A stretch of 64,000 nucleotides of DNA. Origin: an uncultured Spirochaetota bacterium. Lineage in GTDB: Bacteria; Spirochaetota; Brevinematia; Brevinematales; JAOACQ01. Where the stretch lies: contig CAVYGN010000001.1 of assembly GCA_963768055.1 (NCBI GenBank), positions 480,001-544,000 on the forward strand, read 5' to 3'. Both the position numbers and the translations under genes were made by a program. The notes below the pieces were generated by a model, which had not been told where the DNA came from, searched no databases, and saw only the letters and a list, made by a program, of their open reading frames with translations. Position 1 is the stretch's first letter, and each line of letters begins with the position of its first letter. This document shows positions 58,483 through 64,000 of this stretch, in pieces.

Positions 58483-60144
58483 ATGGCTGAGATATCAGGC
58501 GGAATGATCACATATTTTGGTAAAGAAAATGATGTAAAGGCATATGTTTCAAGACGGGCCGGGGAAACTTTCAAACCTGCCCTTGTAATCGCCCATGAAA
58601 TATGGGGGCTTAACGGGCATGTCAAGGACCTGGCCGATCAATTCGCTAGACAGGGCTTCACAGTAATCGCTCCCGATCTTTACTCTTCTTCAGCCTTCGA
58701 CGGGATACTGACCGGGCAGGAAATACAATGCTTGCTGGATTTCTCATCGTCGCTGGTCCGTGACAGATTGGCCGTCCCGTCTTACTTGAGTAATGAAATA
58801 TCAAAACTTCCCGGGGAAAAGAGGGGTATGATTCGGAGAATAATCCGGATTTTCAGCGGCGGCATACCCAAATATAAATTACTTTGCGAGCTGTCAAAAG
58901 CGGCGGCTCATCTCGGATCATGGAAATACGCTGCCGCCGGTAAAATCAGGCTGATAAACGTTACACCCGCCGGTTCATACCCGGCATTGATATCATTTGA
59001 GGATTTGGAATTGTTTTATAATATCCGTTATGAAGAAAAAAACGCACAGGTGGATTATTTAAACGCGCGAAATCCGATAACACCCGAGCTTCTTGGGCTT
59101 GTAAGAAAGGGAGGAGAAAGGCTCTACTGCACTATCCCCTTCAAGAATCTGGACCTAAATGCTGACGGAATAAATTGCTGCTGCTGGATATTAGATCTGG
59201 AAGAATTCAACAATGTTTCACTGGAAGAGGGGAATGATCTCGCAAAAGCATGGAAGAGCGAGGCCTTTCAAAGGGTCCGCGAATCGATCCGGGACGGTTC
59301 ATATAAGCATTGCCGGCTGGACTGCTGCCCCCTTGCAAGGGGGGAGAGGACAAACCTATTGACCCTTAATGAAATGCGGAACTCTCATCCTGAAATCGCT
59401 GATTTTATTGAAGGCAAAGATCTTGAGTATTCCGGTATGCCGAGTTTTGTCCATATTGCCGTAGATACTACATGCAACCTCAAGTGCCCCTCGTGCAACT
59501 GGTTTCTTCTTCCGAAAATTCCAGGCGGGATTAGATCCGGTATTATTAATTCACTCAAGACTGTCAATAAAGATTTAGAAATAATTTATCTTGCCGGCAT
59601 GGGCGAGCCTTTTTTCAGTCCCGTATATCTTGACTGGATGATGAATTTCCGCAAGGAAGATTTTCCGGCCCTCAAAAAAATAGAAATCAACACAAACGGC
59701 CTGAAGCTGACCCCGGCCCTATGGGAGAAATTACCCGCCGATTTGAAAAGCCTTATCAACACTTTTACCGTATCGATTGACGGGGCAACGGCGGCGACAT
59801 ACGAGAAAAACAGGCCGGGGGGATCTTTCAAAACGCTTCTGGAAAATCTGGCCTTTTTCAAGGAATTGCGCGACGGCGGAAATATCGGGTATCTCAGGGC
59901 GTACTTTGCCTATCAGGAGAATAATTACGGGGAGATGCCGGAAATGATAGAATTGGCGCGCTCTTTCTCATTCGATCTGGTCTTCTTTGAAAGACTGAGG
60001 AATTGGGGGACCTATAAACCCGCGTCATACCGGCGGCGCGATATAGGCAATCCGGAGCACCCCGGCTATAAGTCTTTTCAAACAGTTAAAGATATGATAA
60101 ATAAAATGACCGGTCAGGGCCCGAGGGTCATTTTCACAATTTGA
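58483..60144 (+). CDS. dienelactone-hydrolase-like N-domain / radical SAM fusion, copy 1
   Basis: HEIWGLN, APDLY; YC..PF, CCCW, HCRLDCCP; CNLKCPSC, GMGEPF, NTNG, SIDG; ATG after GGAGGT. Confidence 0.88.
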   Translation: MAEISGGMITYFGKENDVKAYVSRRAGETFKPALVIAHEIWGLNGHVKDLADQFARQGFTVIAPDLYSSSAFDGILTGQEIQCLLDFSSSLVRDRLAVPSYLSNEISKLPGEKRGMIRRIIRIFSGGIPKYKLLCELSKAAAHLGSWKYAAAGKIRLINVTPAGSYPALISFEDLELFYNIRYEEKNAQVDYLNARNPITPELLGLVRKGGERLYCTIPFKNLDLNADGINCCCWILDLEEFNNVSLEEGNDLAKAWKSEAFQRVRESIRDGSYKHCRLDCCPLARGERTNLLTLNEMRNSHPEIADFIEGKDLEYSGMPSFVHIAVDTTCNLKCPSCNWFLLPKIPGGIRSGIINSLKTVNKDLEIIYLAGMGEPFFSPVYLDWMMNFRKEDFPALKKIEINTNGLKLTPALWEKLPADLKSLINTFTVSIDGATAATYEKNRPGGSFKTLLENLAFFKELRDGGNIGYLRAYFAYQENNYGEMPEMIELARSFSFDLVFFERLRNWGTYKPASYRRRDIGNPEHPGYKSFQTVKDMINKMTGQGPRVIFTI

Positions 60145-60166
60145 GTTGTTTATATAGGCGGTAATT

Positions 60167-61843
60167 ATGGCAAAGATATCCCGTGCAATGATAACATATT
60201 CCGGTAAAGAAAATGATGTAAAGGCATATGTTTCAAGACAGGCCGGGGAAACTTTCAAACCTGCCCTTGTAATCGCCCATGAAATATGGGGGCTTAACGG
60301 GCATGTCAAGGACCTGGCCGATCAATTCGCGAGGCAGGGCTTCACAGCAATAGTTCCCGATCTTTACTCTTCTTCAGCCTTCGACGGGATACTGACCGGG
60401 CAGGAAATACAATGCTTGCTGGATTTCTCATCGTCGCTGGTCCGTGACAGATTGGCCGTCCCGTCTTACTTGAGTAATGAAATATCAAAACTTCCCGGGG
60501 AAAAGAGGGATATAATTCGGAGAATAATCCGGATTTTCAGCAGCGGCGGCATACCCAAACATAAATTACTTTGCGAGCTGTCAAAAGCGGCAACTCATCT
60601 CAGTGCACTGAAATACGCTGCCGCCGGTAAAATCAGGCTGATAAATGTTACACCCGCCGGTTCATACCCGGCCTTGATATCGCCCGGGGATATTGAAATG
60701 TTTTATAGTATCCGCTATGAAGACAGGCATAAAAATGATCAGGAGGAATTATTGAAAGATTTAAACCCGATAACGGCGGAACTGCTCAGTCTTGTAAGAA
60801 AAGGGGAAGAAAAGCTCTACTGCGCTTTTCCCTTTACAAATCTTCACCTCACATCGATTGGAATAAATTGCTGCTGCTGGATTTGGGATATCGAAGGATA
60901 TAACAATATTTCACCGGAAGAGGGGAATGATCTCGCAAAAGCATGGAAGAGCGAGGCCTTTCAGAGGGTCCGTGAATCGATCCGGGACGGTTCATATAAG
61001 CATTGCCGGCTGGACTGCTGCCCCTTTGTCAGGGGGGAGAGGACAAACCTATCGACCCTTAATGAAATGCGGAACTCTCATCCTGAAATCGCTGATTTTA
61101 TTGAAGGCAAAGTTCTTGAGTATTCCGGTATGCCGAGTTTCATCAATATCTCCTTAGACACCGCGTGCAACCTCAAGTGCCCCTCGTGCAACCGGCTTCT
61201 TCTTCCGAAAATACCTTGCGGAACCAAGACTGTAATTATCAATTCACTTAAAACCGTCAATATAAATTTAAAAAAAATATTTCTTGCCGGTATGGGCGAG
61301 CCTTTTTTCAGCCCCGTATATATGGACTGGATGATGAATTTCCGCAGAGAGGATTTTCCAGCCCTCAAAGAAATAGGCATCAATACAAACGGCCTGAAGC
61401 TGACCCCGGCCCTGTGGAAGAAATTACCCGCCGATTTGAAAAGCCTTATCAACTCTCTCACCGTATCGATTGACGGGGCGACAGCGGCGACATACGAGAA
61501 AAACAGGCCGGGGGGATCTTTCAAAACGCTTCTGGAAAACCTGGCCTTTTTCAAGGAATTGCGCGACGGCGGAAATATCGGGCATCTCGGGGCGTATTTT
61601 GCCTATCAGAAGAACAATTACAGGGAGACACTGGAAATGATAGAATTGGCGCGCTCTTTCTCATTCGATCTGGTCTTTTTTGAAAGACTTAAGAATTGGG
61701 GGGCGTACGAACCCGCGTCATACCGGCGGCGCGATATAGGCAATCCAGAGCACCCCGGACATCAAGATTTTCAAGCGGTCAAAAAAAGAATAAATGATTA
61801 TAATAAGATCCATTCAATCCCCCAGATCGTTTTTATGAGCTGA
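60167..61843 (+). CDS. dienelactone-hydrolase-like N-domain / radical SAM fusion, copy 2
   Basis: Same motifs as copy 1. Confidence 0.88.
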   Translation: MAKISRAMITYSGKENDVKAYVSRQAGETFKPALVIAHEIWGLNGHVKDLADQFARQGFTAIVPDLYSSSAFDGILTGQEIQCLLDFSSSLVRDRLAVPSYLSNEISKLPGEKRDIIRRIIRIFSSGGIPKHKLLCELSKAATHLSALKYAAAGKIRLINVTPAGSYPALISPGDIEMFYSIRYEDRHKNDQEELLKDLNPITAELLSLVRKGEEKLYCAFPFTNLHLTSIGINCCCWIWDIEGYNNISPEEGNDLAKAWKSEAFQRVRESIRDGSYKHCRLDCCPFVRGERTNLSTLNEMRNSHPEIADFIEGKVLEYSGMPSFINISLDTACNLKCPSCNRLLLPKIPCGTKTVIINSLKTVNINLKKIFLAGMGEPFFSPVYMDWMMNFRREDFPALKEIGINTNGLKLTPALWKKLPADLKSLINSLTVSIDGATAATYEKNRPGGSFKTLLENLAFFKELRDGGNIGHLGAYFAYQKNNYRETLEMIELARSFSFDLVFFERLKNWGAYEPASYRRRDIGNPEHPGHQDFQAVKKRINDYNKIHSIPQIVFMS

Positions 61844-61874
61844 TTTATTGTCTTTGCTGTTTATGGAGGTAAGC

Positions 61875-63545
61875 ATGGCTGAGATATCAGGCGGAATGAT
61901 CACATATTTTGGTAAAGAAAATGATGTAAAGGCATATGTTTCAAGACGGGCCGGGGAAACTTTCAAACCTGCCCTTGTAATCGCCCATGAAATATGGGGG
62001 CTTAACGGGCATGTCAAGGACCTGGCCGATCAATTCGCTAGACAGGGCTTCACAGTAATCGCTCCCGATCTTTACTCTTCTTCAGCCTTCGACGGGATAC
62101 TGACCGGGCAGGAAATACAATGCTTGCTGGATTTCTCATCGTCGCTGGTCCGTGACAGATTGGCCGTCCCGTCTTACTTGAGTAATGAAATATCAAAACT
62201 TCCCGGGGAAAAGAGGGGTATGATTCGGAGAATAATCCGGATTTTCAGCGGCGGCATACCCAAATATAAATTACTTTGCGAGCTGTCAAAAGCGGCGGCT
62301 CATCTCGGATCATGGAAATACGCTGCCGCCGGTAAAATCAGGCTGATAAACGTTACACCCGCCGGTTCATACCCGGCATTGATATCATTTGAGGATTTGG
62401 AATTGTTTTACATTATACGAAATGAAGAAAATAAAAATATTAAAGGCAGAGAAGCGTTTTTGAAAGATTTAAACCCGATAACGGCGGAACTGCTCAGTCT
62501 TGTAAGAAAAGGGGAAGAAAAGCTCTACTGCACTTTTCCCTTTACAAATCTTCACATCACCTCTAATGGAATTTATTGCTGCAGCTGGTTACTGGGAGTG
62601 GAAGGATTTAACAATGTTTCACTGGAAGAGGGGAATGATCTCGCAAAAGCATGGAAGAGCGAGGCATGTCAAAGGGTCCGTGAATCGATCAGGGACGGTT
62701 CATATAAGCATTGCCGGCTGGACTGCTGCCCCTTTGTCAGGGGGGAGAGGACAAACTTATTGACGCTTAATGAAATGCGTAACCATTATCCTGAAATCGC
62801 GGATTTCATTGAAGGCAAAGTTCTTCAGTATCTAAAAATGCCGAGTTTTGTCAATATCTCCTTAGACACCGCGTGCAACCTCAAGTGCCCTTCGTGCAAC
62901 CGGCTTCTTCTTCCGAAAATACCCTTCAGGGCCAAATCAGGTATTATTAATTCACTCAAAACCATTAATAAAGATTTGAAAATAATCTTTATAGCCGGAA
63001 TGGGCGAGCCTTTTTTCAGTCCCGTATATCTTGACTGGATGATGAATTTCCGCAGGGAGGATTTTCCAGCCCTTAAAGAAATAGAAATCAAAACAAACGG
63101 CCTGAAACTGATCCCGGCCCTATGGGAGAAATTACCCGCCGATTTGAGAAGCATTGTCAACTGGTTCACAGTATCGATTGACGGGGCGACAGCGGCGACA
63201 TACGAGAAAAACAGGCCGGGGGGATCTTTCAAAACGCTTCTGGAAAATCTGGCCTTTTTCAAGGAATTGCGCGACAGCGGAAGCATAGGGCGTCTCAAGG
63301 CGTACTATACGTATCAGCTGAACAATTACGGAGAGATGCCGGAAATGATAGAATTGGCAAAACGGTTCTCATTCGATCTTGTCTTCTTTGAAAGACTGAG
63401 GAATTGGGGGGCCTACAAACCCGCGTCATACCGGCGGCGCGATATAGGCAATCCGGAGCACCCCGGCTATAAGTCTTTTCAAACAGTTAAAGATATGATA
63501 AATAAAATGACCGGCCAGGGCCCGAAGATAATATTTACCAATTAA
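61875..63545 (+). CDS. dienelactone-hydrolase-like N-domain / radical SAM fusion, copy 3
   Basis: Same motifs as copy 1; ATG after GGAGGT. Confidence 0.88.
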   Translation: MAEISGGMITYFGKENDVKAYVSRRAGETFKPALVIAHEIWGLNGHVKDLADQFARQGFTVIAPDLYSSSAFDGILTGQEIQCLLDFSSSLVRDRLAVPSYLSNEISKLPGEKRGMIRRIIRIFSGGIPKYKLLCELSKAAAHLGSWKYAAAGKIRLINVTPAGSYPALISFEDLELFYIIRNEENKNIKGREAFLKDLNPITAELLSLVRKGEEKLYCTFPFTNLHITSNGIYCCSWLLGVEGFNNVSLEEGNDLAKAWKSEACQRVRESIRDGSYKHCRLDCCPFVRGERTNLLTLNEMRNHYPEIADFIEGKVLQYLKMPSFVNISLDTACNLKCPSCNRLLLPKIPFRAKSGIINSLKTINKDLKIIFIAGMGEPFFSPVYLDWMMNFRREDFPALKEIEIKTNGLKLIPALWEKLPADLRSIVNWFTVSIDGATAATYEKNRPGGSFKTLLENLAFFKELRDSGSIGRLKAYYTYQLNNYGEMPEMIELAKRFSFDLVFFERLRNWGAYKPASYRRRDIGNPEHPGYKSFQTVKDMINKMTGQGPKIIFTN

Positions 63546-63561
63546 ATTATAAGGAAAAGAT

Positions 63562-64000
63562 ATGAAATACAGTTTTGTGATTCCAACCTTCAATAATAAA
63601 ATATTGTTAAAGAACACGCTTGAAGCGCTGAATTATCAGCCGGGTTACGGCCATTATGAAGTGATAGTCGTTGACGACGGATCATCGGATGACACATATA
63701 AATACATCAAAGGAACGGCCCGGAATTATAATCTAAAATATTATTATCTTGAACGCTGCAGGGATTCCTGCAGGGCCAGGACAAGAAATCATGGATGGAA
63801 AAACGCCGAAGGCGAAATCATCGCTTTCATCGATTCCGATATCATTGTAAAACCGGATTATCTCTCTGAGCTGGACAGGTGTTTTTCAATGGGCAGGGAT
63901 ATTATCGTCATCGGCAACAGGCTTTTACTCAACGATCAGACAGCTTACCTGGATGTAGCTAGCGGTGATATTTTCAAAAAATACCGTTTCGATGGTAATC
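63562..64000 (+). CDS. GT2 glycosyltransferase, third paralogue, truncated by the window end (not in the ORF track)
   Basis: Manual translation MKYSFVIPTFNNKILLKNTLEALNYQ...VDDGSSD...RARTRN...FIDSD; open to the end of the window. Confidence 0.9.
   Translation, partial: MKYSFVIPTFNNKILLKNTLEALNYQPGYGHYEVIVVDDGSSDDTYKYIKGTARNYNLKYYYLERCRDSCRARTRNHGWKNAEGEIIAFIDSDIIVKPDYLSELDRCFSMGRDIIVIGNRLLLNDQTAYLDVASGDIFKKYRFDGN

Larger units (their letters stand above)
58470..63545 (+). repeat. tandem triplication of a ~1.7-kb gene unit
   Basis: 58470-59018 reads identical by eye to 61862-62410 (offset 3392); long shared blocks among all three copies. Confidence 0.92.

Noticed and set aside
58470..63545. 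Diversity-generating retroelement behind the variable radical SAM copies
   Set aside because: No reverse transcriptase in the window; the repeats are whole genes and differences are not confined to adenines
40378..64000. RiPP (ranthipeptide/sactipeptide) cluster
   Set aside because: No precursor peptide, RRE/PqqD domain or peptidase visible; not excluded if a precursor lies outside the window

Overview
The window is 64 kb of moderately AT-rich DNA from a diderm bacterium. Stand-alone PilZ proteins, a LacI-sensor/GGDEF fusion and a membrane-anchored AraC suggest a spirochaete-like anaerobe (inference only). There are four zones. (1) 1-14003: the 3' part of a type II FAS/PKS-like specialised-lipid cluster of the aryl-polyene/flexirubin or 'ladderane-island' type, with 4 ketosynthases, 2 non-catalytic KS/CLF-like proteins, 2 ACPs, a PaaK-like ligase, an aromatic amino-acid ammonia-lyase, a dehydratase, a thioesterase, an FAD oxidoreductase, a B12 radical SAM and an acyltransferase. 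(2) 14-30 kb: an esterase-radical SAM fusion, glycosyltransferases, accessory metabolic genes and several gene remnants. (3) 30-40 kb: a GH8 lipoprotein, an epimerase, a sugar-sensor GGDEF protein and a frameshifted membrane/dual-AraC regulator. (4) 40.4-64 kb, running off the window: a same-strand cluster with seven radical SAM enzymes (three are tandem fusions to a dienelactone-hydrolase-like domain), a BtrI/BtrJ-like ACP plus ATP-grasp pair, two repeat-containing methyltransferase-like paralogues, four glycosyltransferases and an ABC/HlyD/TolC exporter. An unannotated ~85-nt bipartite palindromic element lies upstream of both transcription units of zone 4 and of the GH8 gene, pointing to a shared regulon. 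Zone 4 with its element and regulator is the best candidate for an undescribed system. No rRNA, tRNA, CRISPR array or intact mobile element was seen.
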